Origin: Nemertoderma westbladi
Lineage: Eukaryota > Animalia > Xenacoelomorpha
Length of the DNA stretch: 64,000 bases
Assembly: GCA_032718475.1 (NCBI GenBank)
Contig: JAUCBJ010009089.1
Coordinates: 959 to 64,958 of the forward strand
Reading direction: 5' to 3'
Below the pieces are notes generated by a model. That model saw only the letters and a program-made list of their open reading frames with translations, was not told the DNA's origin and ran no database searches. Shown here piece by piece: positions 1 to 14,601 of this stretch. Position 1 is the stretch's first letter. Every line of letters begins with the position of its first letter. A program made the position numbers and the translations under genes.

Positions 1-1262
1 GGGCCTTCAAAACCGAGGGAGCCTCCCCGAGGGGGGACCCTGGTTTTCCATTTAGTGTTAAATAGTCCCCAAAAACTATTACTAGGTTTGGTATTTATTG
101 TGGGGGGCCGTGTATGTGGCTTTGAATAGTGGGCGGATTTATAAATTTTCATAAATTCTTTCAAAAAAGTTTTCGAGATATAAGGGAGCTGTGACACCTA
201 TGTCAGCACTTTTCAGCACTGAAATTTCACACTTCGTTTCTTTGGGGTAACTTCACTCTATAGTGAAATAAATCGTCAAAATTCGGTTATTTTGAACACC
301 GAACACATTGAAAACTATTATGGGTAAAGTTTCGAGTTGAAATTTGGAAATTTGAAAAGTACCACAAAGCACCAAAATTGCAAGTAGTGTGAAATTTCAA
401 ATTTTTAAGTAGGATACAACGTCAATATCCTCACCCATACTGAGGTTTTCGTATTTGCTGATTTCATTGGTGACAATTATAAGACGCTGTAGTTACTCAA
501 AATTGCTCGAAAATGAAAAGATCCCCTACTAGCACTTTTCAAATATATAATTTTCGAATAAACTACTTGTTTCAGTTAACTTAAACCCAATGCCCTATAT
601 ATCGGTGATATTGGGTTATTTTCAACGCTGAACCCATTTATAACAAGATTGTGTATAATTCTATCTCAAAATTCGGAATTTTTAAGAAGCACCACAATAG
701 CACGAAAAGTGCAAGTAGTAAAATGAGAAAACATTGATTTCGCAATTATGGAAAAACTTGAATTGCAGTGAAAAAATAGACAACGGATTTGAAATCAGCG
801 TGGTTGTATTGTATACAAAAGTGTATTTGCATGTAAATACTTAGATTTTTCGAAAAAATTTCAAAAAATATGCATGCAATGAAATTTTTTAGCACCACGC
901 AATGTGCTAATTAGTGTCAATCCGACAAATTTTTCAGGAGTTTTCTTCAGATCCATTTTTGTAATATGTTTGTGTTTGGTTTGACCAATTTTCAAAAACA
1001 TTCAACCATATAGAGCCGCAATAAGCATGGTTCAAGTTTTTTTTGGCACCCTGTGCGAAAAGTGCCAACACAGTGTCACTAGTGTGATTTTCAAATTTTT
1101 TTTGGTTTTGAGTTTGTAATATGCATGTGTAGGTTTCCACAAAATTTCAAAAAAATCCATTCACAAATAGCCGAAATCAGTGGGGGGGGGGGGGGGGGGG
1201 GGGGGGGAATCCAACCCGCCCTGGACGTTTCAGGAGTAGAAAAGGCCTTGGGCTTGTAAGGG
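1..1262. mobile_element. Non-autonomous piggyBac-type DNA transposon (right end; left end at or before the window start)
   Basis: Ends ...GGGCTTGTAAGGG followed by TTAA (1263-1266), with a subterminal poly-G run. No ORF. Internal GCACCA-rich motifs resemble the elements at 12522 and 14602. Confidence 0.55.
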
Positions 1263-1874
1263 TTAAGGATTGGAATATAGTCTGTCTTTCTGTCGGACTA
1301 TTCTGTCAGTCTGCCTTAAATTTGTTGATAGACAGACTGGAGCACAAAGAGATGCGATAACTCGAAAACTAAAAGAGATCTTTAGTAAGTCGTTCTTAGA
1401 ATTGAAATCCTTTTTAAATACTACTTTAAGAGTATATAATAACAAAAGTCCAGGTTTTTTTTAAAACAATACTCACGTATAATTCACATTCCTAACACTT
1501 AAATCTGTACGTAACAGAGTAATGCTAACTAAACAATAAACATATATATCGGTAAACAAAATTGAAAAATACAAATACAAATGCATATTTGCAATGCAAG
1601 GGTATGTGCCCAGTTTTGTCCGGAATATATCGCAATCCCGGACATCGAAAATATCAAGGACAGGAAGAAATTATGTATTTCATGCTTGCTGGTATATAAT
1701 TCTGTTTCGTATATATAGGATATCGTACATACATACTTGTCAGATAACCAAAGACAGAATGGCCATAACATAGTAACCGCACAAAACTTAAAGCACAGTG
1801 TACTCTACTGTACTGCGATAACAACTGAAAACCCCCAGCTGATTCATCCTAAAAACAGTATATTTGGGACAAGT

Positions 1875-1990
1875 TTAATGGCTGCTTGGTCTGCTTCTAA
1901 TCCTTCTAATACAGTTAGTTACAGGTTTTTCCTGGCGAGCCCAGAACATCTTCCACTGGTTGAACTTGTCCTCCACACCATTGACAATAT
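1875..1990 (-). CDS. Candidate terminal coding exon, product unknown
   Basis: Acceptor CTCCTTTTTATCAG, then open frame IVNGVEDKFNQWKMFWARQEKPVTNCIRRIRSRPSSH*. No recognisable domain. Confidence 0.25.
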
Positions 1991-2438
1991 CTGATAAAAA
2001 GGAGATGTAGCGTTCGTTTTAATGTGTCAAACACCCTTTAAGTACACAAATATGGAATTAAGAAACAGAGTAAAAAAGCATGATCACTACTTTGAGACTG
2101 AATCCTTTCTTTCAATTGAAACACAAGAGTCATTTCATTGAATGGATTGAAAACATTGCCTCTGTAATGCAAAAATGTTAATTTGGCGTTATGAAATTTT
2201 TTACATTAATATGGATCCAATCTCCAGAGTAACAAAATATATTTACAGTGTTTTTCATGGGGTATGACATGGTGACACACCCCCTAAATCCGCCACTGTG
2301 CTTGAACAAGCAGTTCAATGAACTGTATGCTAAGAACAGTGTCATTTATACTAACTGTAAATTGTAAATTAGGTTGAACATAACAATGAAAGTACAGCTT
2401 TCCAGTTATTGTATTTAATGATCATAATTTAATTTCAG

Positions 2439-2570
2439 ATTAGATTATCAGCAGCGAGTTACAGGGGGGTGTGATGGAGGTCATTGTGAAACCAACAAAG
2501 ACATCATATTAACTTTCTATATACCTGGAATTCCATCTGAAACCAGACATGTCACATTGATAGATGACAG
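2439..2570 (+). CDS. Candidate internal coding exon (132 nt), product unknown
   Basis: AATTTCAG acceptor and AG|GTTTG donor. Frame-preserving and stop-free: LDYQQRVTGGCDGGHCETNKDIILTFYIPGIPSETRHVTLIDD. More GC-rich than its flanks. Confidence 0.4.
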
Positions 2571-4366
2571 GTTTGCATTTACTAAAGTAAAACATATTAA
2601 AACATTTAAGTAGTAAATATTAGTTTTGAACATGCATATACGTATAATATTATGTGTAAGTAATGTTCTTTTGTAGACCTATTGGATTTACAGAGCATAG
2701 TATATTTGGTACTATAATATTGTCGTATAGACGTCATGCATACACATGCAGTGATATATATTAGAATTATGACATCCATACTATAGCATAAAGTTGACGC
2801 TTCAGATAGAAGCAGATAACCGCACATTAATTTCTAAATGCCGTATTCAGGGATCTTAGATCATATCTCATATACCCCGAAGTGGTGGGAGCAACGGAAG
2901 TAAGAATAACCGTGAAAACTATCTATGCACAAGGAGATAATGGAGCGCAATATATTGCATACTATCAGGATATAAGTACAGGTAGGATATTATTAATTTA
3001 ATTTTTGTTAGCGGGTTCAATCCGCCATGCACTCCCATTATACAAACAAAGTGATATAGAGCCCATTTAACAATATTGACAAGAGGAAATAACAATCCAG
3101 CAGGGAGTTAATCAACTCAACCCAAAGTACATCATTGCCCAATGGGAAGGAGAGAAAATGGGGTGATAATGTGAACCAATGAGATAGGTGATATCAACTC
3201 TTAGGCCACCATTATTGGTGCATTTAGTTCACACTCTGTTATTCAGCTGGTAATACACTACAACTGGCCGACATTCCACCAGACCGGTCAGTTGGTACCA
3301 TGCAGCACAGAAGGTGATATATATTGTATCCGCTCCCAGTTTCATATAACCACGGATAATGAATTTTCGGGCCCCTGCATGTCCTAACTTACGGTACGGA
3401 CCCCTACTTCTACCCTTCCCCCACCAGTGGCTTCGCGTGGCCAATGTTCGCCCTAATGCTCGTGCAATGTCTAAATAATTCGAATTATTAACAACACAGT
3501 TACAATACTAAATACTAAACTAAGCAATACGCCCATATCGCAGCCATGGGTAAATAATAATACTGTATAATATAATGGGTGCATTGTGTTAAAATTATTA
3601 GAGCGAAGCCCTATTGTATACGCTCACTGGAATACCCCAGCCCTCGAGGAGTCAGACATCCAATAGAATCGACTCTCCTTCAATTTACTTGTGTCCCCTT
3701 GTCTGTGCCACTAATGAACGAACTAACCTTGTTAAATTAATTTGTAGGCCTACTAGAATGAATATTTCCGACATTAGCTGCCGCTCCCGTTGACTACTAA
3801 GGGCCCTCCTACTTTGTTTCATTCTTAACATTGTACAGTTACATTAAATGTTAGCATTGGATGGAAGCCCTGTCCACTCATGGGGCTTCCCCAATCGCCA
3901 GCCGGCTACACAACAGTTGCCAGACCATCAACAGAATCAACTCACTTTCACTTTACTACTTCTTGTTTCTGCCACTACTACTCTAGGTCTGTATCTAAAC
4001 TAATTCACATGCATGTTAAATAAATATATTTTTTGGAATTAATATTTATGATATGCGCGAGATATAAATAAAGGCAGAGATAATAGCATTGTTGTTCCAA
4101 GTCCTAGGTGATTTACTGGCTATCCCGAAATGGCTACCCAACTATTTAGGACTGTTTATATTGAAAGAGAGTGGAAGAAACTAGTAACAGAAGGTAAAAT
4201 AATTGAGTTTTAATTGAGAATAATTGAGAGTAATAAATTATTGAGTTGATGTGAGTTTCCATATACAATCTACCGTTGGTAATAACATTTTTCGTGCGGT
4301 CAACAAAATGGTGTTTCAACACATAAATCACCTCTTAAATATCTGTACAGTGCAGTGCAGTGTTAA

Positions 4367-5207
4367 CCCTATTCCACCTGGGTTCTTTTGTCCGAGATTC
4401 CACCTGGGGTTGGGCATAATATGCCCAACAGTTTATTATACACTAAAAAGTAATGATAATTTTATCAAAACTTTCCAAATTTTCGCAGGTTTATAGAAAA
4501 ATATATAATGCATCTGTTCTGAGTTTTATATATTCATAATTTTAAATAATATATCCATATAAATTAATTATCTTGAAGATAACGCATTATAGTAAAAAGA
4601 TGAGATAATACTATACATACTCCTCCCAACACCACTGTCTGCCTAACTCTGCCAGACATCACAAGTTAAAATTTTGCTTGCAGGGGTGCTGTTATTGAAT
4701 AGATTTATTCACCTCTATCTATGTCTGCCCCTTAGGAATATACTGTTTCAATGGTGGTTGTTGTTTTATTCTAGTAGACTTATTGCTTGCTTATCTGTCA
4801 GTTTAGTATTTTGTTATAAAAAAATAATGTGATTGATGTGTACTAATCCAAGCAGTAGACAATCTCGTGTTTGAATTCAACTTTACAACCCAGCCAAGTG
4901 AATGTCCTGGACCGTAATTGGTTGTATTCTAGCTTGTTGACCAGGGGAACTATCCAACCAGAGATTATCTTTTCTACCAGTTAGGCTAATAAAGATATTA
5001 CAATAAAAAAATGTGACTATGATATGAAAAACATACCATAGCACAAAAAGTATAAATTATAAAAAAAATATTTTGTAACCATCAGAAAGCCAATTAAATT
5101 CTAGTAAAAGTCAATGAATTTCATAATAATACATAAAAATCATCATGATGAATTTCTAAAAATAAAAAGTGTTGGGCAGATTCTGCCCAACCCCAGGTGG
5201 AATAGGG
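4367..5207. mobile_element. piggyBac-type MITE
   Basis: TTAA on both sides (4363-4366 and 5208-5211). TIR CCCTATTCCACCTGGG / CCCAGGTGGAATAGGG, plus an internal inverted repeat (TTGGGCA..TGCCCAA). Confidence 0.85.
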
Positions 5208-6750
5208 TTAAAGCGTGGCTCCAGTTAATTTTTTCGCCCCCCTCTGGCCTGCGCCCGAGGCGACTCACCCCAACGCTCCCCCTACGAGACGCCACTGCCC
5301 CCGACCCTCACCAATTGTTTTAAAATGTTGACATCATTGGTAGAACGTAATTATTATTAATAATAATATTAATCTTGTGACGAAATTATATATAGTTGCT
5401 TCCAAGAAACTAAAGGTTGGCCCCAAATCCATTTTTACAGATTTTTAATTTTTTCCTAAAATTACTTACACCAGCCAGAAGACATCATTTCTATATTTAG
5501 GTATAGGCCTACTGTACCACCGGGATCATTTCTATATTTAGGTATAGGCCTACTGTACCACCGGGATTTTATGTAACAATCTGACAAAAAGAAAGTAAAA
5601 AGATAAAATATACTGTCGTAAGAAACTACACAGAGGTTGAAATATGTTAATAAAAAAATTATTACGAAATTGTTAACATTACAATAATTATGTACAACAC
5701 GATTATGAGCAATTAATACACTCATACGTAACGTACAGCACCATACCAACCTATGCCCTAACGTACAGCACCATACCAACCTATGCCCTATCTGACTATC
5801 ATTGTTAGAATTGGATGGAAAGCCCTTTCGCTCTTGCTTTTTCGGTGCGTTAGGTCCTGGCGCTTTAGGTCCTGGTCCTGGCACAAACAGCAAGTTTATA
5901 GTCATTATTGTATTGTAGATCATAGAGATAGACTGTTTTGGTAAATACAAATGAATAATTATTTGATATGGAATCCAACGGAATACAAGTAGACATAATA
6001 CACAGATACAATAGAATACACAGATAGACGGTTTCGGCATAAAGGTAACAATAAATCCAAACTTATTGTTTAATCCCAAATCAATCTAAGTAAATATAGA
6101 TGGTTTTGGGATTTACTATTATTGACATTTGTTATATACATATACATATTGTTGAGATAGACGGTTTAAAAAAATATAACTCCTGAGGACTTCATAATTA
6201 CGTCTTAAATCTTGGCTAGAAATATTCGCCTCGTTTTTCTGATTCCAAATATATGCAGCATATGTCATTTTTCAAAAAAATTGAGTTAGACGGTTTTGGC
6301 ATGTAAGGGCAGAAAGGAGCAGGTTATAGAGGCGAGTTAAAAGGTTGACAAATAAATGAAAGTTGGGAATATTGCAGAATAGATTAATTGACCGTATACC
6401 GATTTGGACCTGACGCTACATTACCCTTTCACTATGCACATTCACCGGGCTCTGGGCTACAGTACACCAAACAGTTATGTCGCGGCTAGTCAGACAACCA
6501 ATATAATCAACTCATCTTCACCCTATATTCGTTGTCTGGCTACCTGCATTGTAGCTCCTTTGTAGCAAATGTAACTCCTTTCTTGAAACTTGAAATTTAT
6601 TTGCCATATAGACATATATAATGCTGTAAAGCACCCCAACACCAACGATTTTACCGAAATCATATGGGTGAGAGTACGGGATGTCTATGATGGCCTGGGT
6701 GGCAGCTAATAGCATTGCTAGTAAGCGCTACCTCACAGAAAGTAAAGGGG

Positions 6751-8510
6751 TCGATATGAAGCGTCGTTTACGCCTAAACTATCTGAATAAATATTATACT
6801 CAAGATGTATCAATAGAAAAATATTGTAATTAAGATATCTAAAGGATACGGATAATCTATTAAGGTATCTAAATTCTCGGCCGAGATTTCTCTGCTGAGT
6901 TTTTCTCGGCCGAGTTTTTCTGGGCCGAGATTTCTCTGCAGTTTTTCTCTGCTGAGTTTTTCTCGGCCGAGTTTTTCTGGGCCGAGTTTTCTCTACCGAG
7001 ATTCTCGGCCGAGAATTATTGGGTTTTATTGGGAATTATTGGCTCTGTTCTTGGGTTAGGTGCATTTTCCACATTAAATGTCACCTTGCATAGCTTACCT
7101 AGTACTTTCCTATATTACACTTTACTGTTGTATATTATTGTGTTATTGGTATTACGCTTATTCGCACCGTAAGTGCAATAAATCTGTATTGGTGAGAGAT
7201 ATTAGCTATTGATCCAGAAAATGCCACATATATTACAAGTCAAACTGAACCCACTTCTTTATTACACTGATTCCGGGATCTACTGCAAATCCTCGACAGG
7301 CCACGGGTTGACCGACAGCAGGTTCCCTGAACGAAACCGGAAGTCTAGTGGGAAGGGAGGTAGGCATTCTACTGGGGAATCACCTAAGTATCGGATAAGG
7401 GTCTTTCGAGTTTCTCACTCTAATGTAATTAAACCTTTCCATAGATACAGTATCGATTTATCTCAATTTATATTTGGACCTTTCTTGTTTGTCTAATAAA
7501 CTAATCACATAGGTCTAACAATTAATCCTCACTGCGTTTTCGCACATATTGTATCTATATTATTGGTAGTAACTGTGTTAATTAATTTCTTTACACTAAT
7601 TACAGCTGGTTCGCCTGTTTGTCTTTACTCAGTTACCAGATAACTTTAATCCATGTGCAGATACGAAAATCAGTTTAGTTCGTCACATTTCATTCATTCT
7701 CATCGGTAATATTTATTTGTCCTAATAATTAACAAGTAATTATATTACATATAATTTAAAGAATTTAGCAACAAAAAGTACAAATTTAAGAATAAAATTA
7801 CGTATTACATGGGAAAAAAACGTACCAGTAGAATATTTTTTTTTCCAAATTATTTTCATTCGATTTACACGACACTCACACACCCGACGAAAGGTATACC
7901 TCTAGTGACCTTTACTAGAGGAGTTCCAGTACACACGTATGTCTTAATGAGCCTTTGTGTAGGCCCCCCTAGCGGCAGACGGAGGAACTGTAGAAGTCTG
8001 TCTGTAAGCAATATTTATTTATTCAGCAATGCCCGTAGTGCTGTAGGTCACTCCTACCAAATTTCAGATGAATATGATGGTTAGCTAATTATAGCACCTA
8101 TTGTGTTTCTGTCAATTTGCCCACTAGCGGCAGACAGATGAACTACAGAACTCTGTCTCTCTGTTAATTTTCTAAACCTTTGATAGACTACATGTGTTCC
8201 TAGTTTGGTTCCATTTCATCAAAGTGTGACCGACTTATTAGCGTTCAAACACACACACAGACTACGTGTCTCGCCCCACAATGCCATTTTAAATTTCCCG
8301 CCGATTTATCTTTTAAGATTATAAATTCTCGGCCGAGAAAACCTGGCCCTAGAAAAACTCGGCCGAGAAAAGCTCTGCCGAGAAAAACTCGGCTGAGTAA
8401 AGCTAGGCCGAGAATTTAGATATTTCTCAAGTATATATTTTGTTATTGATACATCTTGAGTATAATATTTATTCAGATAGTTTTGGCGTAAACGGCGGTT
8501 CATAGATCGA
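6751..8510. mobile_element. Non-autonomous TIR element with subterminal CTCGGCCGAG arrays
   Basis: 6751-~6990 is the reverse complement of ~8325-8510 (GTTTACGCC.AAACTATCTGAATAAATATTATACTCAAGATGTATCAATA). Both arms carry ~15-bp tandem TTTTCTCGGCCGAG units in opposite orientations. Confidence 0.7.
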
Positions 8511-8954
8511 TCTCAACTTTATATTATAATATAGTATAATTATTTAGAAAAACATTGAACGGAGGCAATAGAGAGACTGAAGATTTTAACTAAGAGTGTA
8601 AGTATGTATATACTAAACTTTAAGTTATATATGTATGTATACTGTAGCTACTGTATAAACTATATACATTTACATTCAATAGATTAGAAAGTAAGTTATG
8701 TTTGAAGCTTTTGCAAAAGCATTGAAAAGCATTGTATGAGGAATACTATTCAAAATGGTAGGACAAGGATAATTAATAGATCGCTGTTCGATATCTAATC
8801 TAGTGAGGGGATAAGGAAATTTCCGTGAGTTGATGACCGAGAATAATACTGATGAGAGACTGGCGTATTTATTAAAAGTAGGCGTAAATCTGACAGAGGA
8901 TTAATCCTAATGGAATGTATGTCAGTGCATGAATAGAGCAGTCTGATGTTTCTC

Positions 8955-9700
8955 TTATTATTATTATTATTATTATTATATAAAGGTAGTTTGAAAAAAT
9001 ACATTGTTATGTATCGCTTTGATATAGGCGGTGGTTAACCGGGAAGGCCCATTGCGTTATCCACCGCTTTCTAATTGTGATATGGTAATTTAAAATAAAA
9101 AATAGAACTAAACTAGAACTAGAACTGAACTAAATCTTAACTTTTGAGAGACGAACTAAGTACAGTAGGAAATCAACTCAAAATGTATTAAGAGGTATGT
9201 TGAATTAAGGACGTGGGTATATTTTAATAGTTTACCACTAATTGAGACTGGCTCAGGTACTCGCATAGTAGTTTTTTTTGAAAGAGGTATAAAGGTTGTT
9301 GCTTGTCTTACTGGAATAGGAAGATTGTTCCACTTCCGGGGCTCACCCTGATAGACTGTCTAGTAATCAATAGTCGTGTGCGTTGTATAGTGCAATTATT
9401 GTTCATTGCATGGCGTGTACTGTAAGTGTGTGTTGTGTTTGATAATGTAATTAGTTTAGAAAGAATATCCGAGGCTAGGGATTTTTGTTGAGAAATTTAT
9501 AGCACAGTATTCCGATATGTTTTGTGTAAAAAAACACTATATTTAGGGTGTTGAAATTTGTCCATAAGTTACTTTCAGTTTGTGGATTCGATTATTTTAT
9601 ACTAAGTTATATTTAGTATATCTTACTTAATGCGCAGTTTACATATAATACAACTATGCAATATGCATAGGATGTGAAAATTCGAGATCAAACAATTACT
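8955..9700 (-). mobile_element. 3' end of a CR1/L2-like LINE, degenerate
   Basis: Minus strand encodes WNNLPIPVRQA..FKKKL, resembling the ORF2 C-terminus of this group, followed by a 3' UTR ending in an (AAT)n tail near 8955-8980. Confidence 0.55.
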
Positions 9701-9840
9701 TGTTATCTATATATCAGATCAGTATTAGAAATATATTATCCTATATAAATGCATAATCCTATGTAGATAAGTATAATATTACGCTATAATGTTTATTGCC
9801 AAAATGGATAAAATAGTTGTCCATTGGGGAGTTCTATAAC

Positions 9841-10013
9841 GTTACCCAGTTGAGGAGCCACGTTACCCAGTTGAGGAGCCACGTTACCTAGTTTAGGAGC
9901 CACATAACCCAGTTGAGGAGCCACGTCACCCAGTTGAGGGGCCACGTTACCCAGTTGAGGAGCCTACGTTACCCAGTTGAGGAGCCACGTCACCCAGTTG
10001 AGGAGCCACGTTA
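9841..10013. repeat. 21-bp minisatellite, about 8 copies
   Basis: Tandem GTTACCCAGTTGAGGAGCCAC. Confidence 0.9.
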
Positions 10014-10119
10014 CATATTTAATTTAATCATACCAATATTTTAGGGACATATTTCAGTACAGGTTGAAAGGCGACTGGTAAAAATATATAAAAATCAACA
10101 TATAAATATTCAATATATA

Positions 10120-10925
10120 TATATAAATAAAAGTATGAAGGCTATCTATAAAAATGTACCGGAGCCCTCTATATGGTAGTGGCCCATACGTGGAGAGCCT
10201 GACAGTTGTTAAGGCACTGTAGGAGGTGGTATTGAGATGCTACTTTTCCACAATGTTTACATCGGCAAAATTCATCAGGGTGGTGAAATCCGGCGGTCTG
10301 ACAAATCTTGTGGTGGAATGCGTGGATCAATACTGTGGTTGTAACGTATCTCAGGTCATTCAAAAGTCGGGTCCATTTTTGTGATAGGATAGATCTGGTG
10401 TTTTCCAGATCTCTGGGTTGGTCTATTCGATCTTTTCAGTGACAGCTGATATGGTAACGCTGGAGTGCAGTTGTTTCGGTCAGATGGAACTTGTTCACCA
10501 TTTCTTATTTTAAGTAACTTTTGTTACTTATTACAACTAACTGATGTTATATGCTTGGTAAACAAAAGTGTGGGTTGGAGAGTAATCCCAGGATAATTAT
10601 ACAATGTGGCCATTGACACCGGAACGCCATTGTAGATAAACTGATCCGTTTGGGCAAGCCTCCCTCTACATCGGAATTTCAGGACTGCTGTCTTTTTGAG
10701 ATTAACTGGACTATTATCGATGGCCCAATTTGAAAGAGCATCAAGTCCGGGCTGAATTGCTTCTTTAGAGTGCGAATAGAAAAACAGATTATCGGCATAG
10801 AGGGGCATAGTCAACAAGATTGCTGTGACTTTCAGTGTGGCAACAAGATCGGCCACGTACAGTATGAACAATAGCGGACTTAAGGAGTCACCCTGTAAGA
10901 GTCCTCTTAATTGTTTAATCGGCAT
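10120..10925 (-). mobile_element. 5'-truncated non-LTR retrotransposon (RT C-terminal half and Cys/His tail), disrupted
   Basis: GLLQGDSLSPLLFILYVADL and LYADNL RT motifs (ORF 10524-10925). Downstream ORF 10169-10363 has CRCKHCGKVASQYHLLQC, then an AT-rich tail. Confidence 0.8.
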
Positions 10926-11049
10926 GATTTCCTTAGTCCATCAAAGACAATTATAAAATTTGATAATAAGAGCAAATCTATAAGAGCCATTTTCTTGGGA
11001 CAGAATCGAAGGCTTTACAAAAATCTACAAAAATATACTTTTTTCGACA

Positions 11050-11870
11050 ATGTTTTGGTGGATTATTTGCTGGACCACCAATCACACGCCGCATCGAATA
11101 GCATCTGCATCCACCATCCGTTGCAAGTGATAGATAAAGGTACACAATTTAGGGTGGCGCATCTTTGTATGGAGAGCATTATACCAACCCTCGCAGTGGT
11201 CCGAGGTCCGTATACATCCAGTGGTTCCATTGTGCAATAAAATGTGGAAGAAGCCATTCATTTCGAAAATAATTTTTAAAATGTTGCAGATGTCATTATT
11301 CCTTGTAATTGGTGGTGCGTTCAGAATAATATTGGCTATATATTTAACGATTTCCGGTTACAAGAGACACAATACTGGCAGCCTACAAATGAATTGATGT
11401 ACTTGACAATTATCTCTATAAACGTCGCTCAAATTTAAGTCCTTCTGTTGCGTTCCAGCCATTGGCTAAAATGAAAAGTGCAACCTCTTATTCTACACTC
11501 CGGAAAGATTACGGTAAACTCATCTCTTGCGGTATCCTCATAATCAAACAATGCATTGCCCCCAATAAGACGCCCGATATCAATATGTCGCTGCAAAATC
11601 GGATGTCCGAAGTTCATGAAAGAGCTGAATGTAACCAGTGACGTACTCTTATTAGACATCAATGCATAAACCAAAGTAAAACATTCGCCATGTACTGGAG
11701 CTTGTATACAATATAGCTGCTGAAATTTGTGTGGATTCCTCAGTTGATTTTTGTGATTCCTATCACATATCATGCATGACATTGGATTCCTGATGCACGC
11801 ACATCTAGAGAGAGACCTGGGTGTGGCAAATATTATAATCTCTGGATTTCTTTCTTGGAACATAAGTAAT
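11050..11870 (-). pseudogene. Mutator (MULE) transposase remnant
   Basis: FQQLYCIQ..LVYALMSNKST and DYE..IFPECRIRGCTFHFSQ match the MULE DDE domain pattern. A frameshifted GPRTT..EGWYNAL motif lies near 11150-11230. Confidence 0.8.
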
Positions 11871-11874
11871 CTTC

Positions 11875-12010
11875 AGTACAACACACCATATAAATATATA
11901 ACATTTACTTTGTTCAGTACAACACACCATATAATATATAACATTTACTTTGTTCAGTACAACACACTATATAAATATATAACATTTATTTTGTTCAGTA
12001 CAACACACTA
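11875..12010. repeat. ~41-bp tandem repeat, 3-4 copies
   Basis: CAGTACAACACACCATATAAATATATAACATTTACTTTGTT repeated. Confidence 0.85.
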
Positions 12011-12521
12011 ATACTGTTTGCTAATAATGAGTAGTAATTAATGTAAACATAATTAAATTGTCCAACATAAAATAGATGGGGTGGAAATACAACCAGCCAG
12101 AGGCAGAAGAAGTAGAGGAAACCCATAGATATCATGGTTGAGGTTGTCGTCGTAGCGTTTGCACCCATGAATGTAAGTGATAGTTAGTTATTATCTAATT
12201 GGATAATAAGTACAGTAGCGTTGCATTCTGAAAAACAACTGCAAAATCATTTGTGTGCAGCAAACACTAACGCGACAGCAGAACCATATCTCATAGTCGT
12301 TACATCGACACTTATTGGATTGATGACCAATCATATCAGTCTCTCGCCAGAATATATTAGAAGAACATCCACAGTTTCCGAAGCTGCTTTGTGGTTCAAT
12401 ACACTTCTACCCTTAGCATATATTGGTTTAAGCCACTGGTGAGTGAACAAATATATTTTGAAATATAGTGTGTATGTTGTATAATGATCAATGTAGGAAT
12501 ATAATGTAAATTTTTATTTAA

Positions 12522-13705
12522 CCCTATTAACCCCCTTAACCCCGGGTGGGGGGGGGGGGGGGGGGGGGGGGATGGGGGTCAATGGATTTCTTGTTATAAC
12601 TCTTGGTAATCTGAATTAATATGGTTTACCTAAGAATATATTGTCTCCTAATAGTGAAAACGGTTTTTAAAAGTATTGTGAAGTTTTCGAGTTGTAATAC
12701 CATTTTTTGAACCCTACTTTTGGCACTTTTTTTTATACGTTTTTTGAAAATTACATTTCATAAAAGTTGCATACTTTTCATCAGTTCATACAAGTTGCTC
12801 CATGGATATCAAACTTGTATTTTTCGGTGCTGTTTGCAAAATGTGCCCAGCACATATCGTGCCAGCACGATATTTTGAAAATCCATCAATAGTTCAATTG
12901 ATTGTGACAACTTATTTCTCGCGTTTTAGAACCCATCAAGTATATCAATTGATTGTGTCACTTTGTTTTTTGCGTTATAAGGGTTTGTGAAGGTTCTGAA
13001 TTCAATGGAATGAGTAAAAATTCGTTAAGAGTTCTCAAACTTGCATTTTTCGGCGATGCGTGAAAATTTTTGTGCCAGCACCAAATTTTTGATAATATAC
13101 AAATTGATCAATATATAGTATCAATGTTTCTTGCGTTATAAGGGTTTATGGTGGTCCTAAATCCGATGAAATCAATAAAAACAGCACTGGACACCCCAAA
13201 CTTTAACTTTTTGGCCATGGGTACGAAGTTTGGTGCACCAAAAGTTACCATATTAAGCCGAAAATTACGACGAGCAATGATGTGGAAAAGTAGAACAGTA
13301 TTCCATTAGAATCAGCGCCCCAGAAAACCTGAAAATGTGAATTTATAGCATTGTATAAGTGAATTAAAGATTTTGTGTTCAAACTGAAAAGTGCTGGTTA
13401 CTGGTTTTTTTCATTTTTTTGCCTTCGTAGCGGACTAAAACTGCCATTTATAGTAATCAGATCATTTTTAAATATTTTGCAATGAATTCAGTGCCAAAGA
13501 AAAACACCTGTATTGAAAGATAATGAGCTGAAAATGGCAAGTTTGATATTTTTTGAAAATTGTTCACTACTTCAAGTTTTGGTGCTGCAAAATAACCACC
13601 ACAGTAAATTTTTTTAAAATTTTTTTCGTTTTGATTCAGACTAGTGAAATATACGTACAAACAAAAAATCAGACTTTTTCGTTAAAATTTGTAGATTTTA
13701 GAGGT
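12522..13705 (+). mobile_element. piggyBac-type non-autonomous element, one end missing
   Basis: Starts TTAA|CCCTATT with poly-G. ~12650-13705 is homologous to the reverse complement of ~14680-15580. Confidence 0.6.
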
Positions 13706-14059
13706 CTCAGTTAGTTTTCACCTTGCTTATTTTCTCTATGAGGCTGCCATAACACTGGCTGGTTTTAGTGGTTATTCACGGCGAAAGCAATGCCCTGCGA
13801 AGCGGAGGCAGGTCTGTTTCAGTCTCAAGCTTGGGAGGGTATAGGACATTTTTATCAATTTTACCAATTTTATCCGTTTATGTCCGTTATATTGTCTGGT
13901 TGGAGATATGTGTATTGTACTTGACAAAGTGTGCCCGGCTCAGCATTATTTTATATGTGATATTTGATCATCAGCAGTTAGTGCCTAGCATGGACTCCCA
14001 TAGGAGTAAGTTATTCTGCTGCTCTAAATAGTCGAACCTAAAGTTTTCGACGTATTCTA

Positions 14060-14320
14060 TGTGACTTCATAATCCTGGACAACCCATTAAATGCGGCCTT
14101 GCATTCCCCTTATGTATTCGAAGGTCTTCATCTGACCTCCGGATTCTATGATCCCAGGTAGCAGAAGTCGTCCACATGCTCAATCTAGCCATCCTTTGTG
14201 GAGCTTGCGTTCATACGATCAGACATTTCTTGAGGATTGTCGAAGTTAACTGTCAAAATGTTGGTCTTCTTGGGAGTTAATAAGTAGATCAACTCTAGAA
14301 GCAGCATCTTCTCATGAGCT
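14060..14320 (-). mobile_element. Degenerate fragment of the RTE-like LINE family seen at 30076
   Basis: Reverse complement matches 31790-32050 (e.g. GGATCATAGAATCCGGAGGTCAGATGAAGACCTTCGAATACATAAGGG). Confidence 0.7.
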
Positions 14321-14601
14321 GGGTTGCGCTACACACCTTTGTATTGAGAATGTTAATATTTATAATATAATCTTATTATCATATATATTATAATAATATG
14401 TTTGTTTTTATTTGTTTTGTTTGTGTTTTTTGATGTCTCTAGTGGCTGAGTGCTATTTTGGGCTTTTATTGTCCGGATTCTATGTTTTTTTGTTAGTTTG
14501 TTGGGTGTAAGACTCTAGACTCTAGCTAGTGTTTACCTCTTTATGTAATATAAGTATAAAAAGCCTCCGTTCCTCAGTATGTCTTTAATTATCATCATTA
14601 A

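Noticed and set aside
5462-6079. 205-aa hydrophobic ORF
   Set aside because: It is AT-rich low-complexity sequence spanning two short tandem duplications (5485-5565 and 5730-5790), has a TTG start and shows no domain.
14030-14075. Possible third hammerhead on the minus strand (TTATGAAGTC...GTCGAAAACTTT)
   Set aside because: The CUGANGA core is broken and the stems do not pair.
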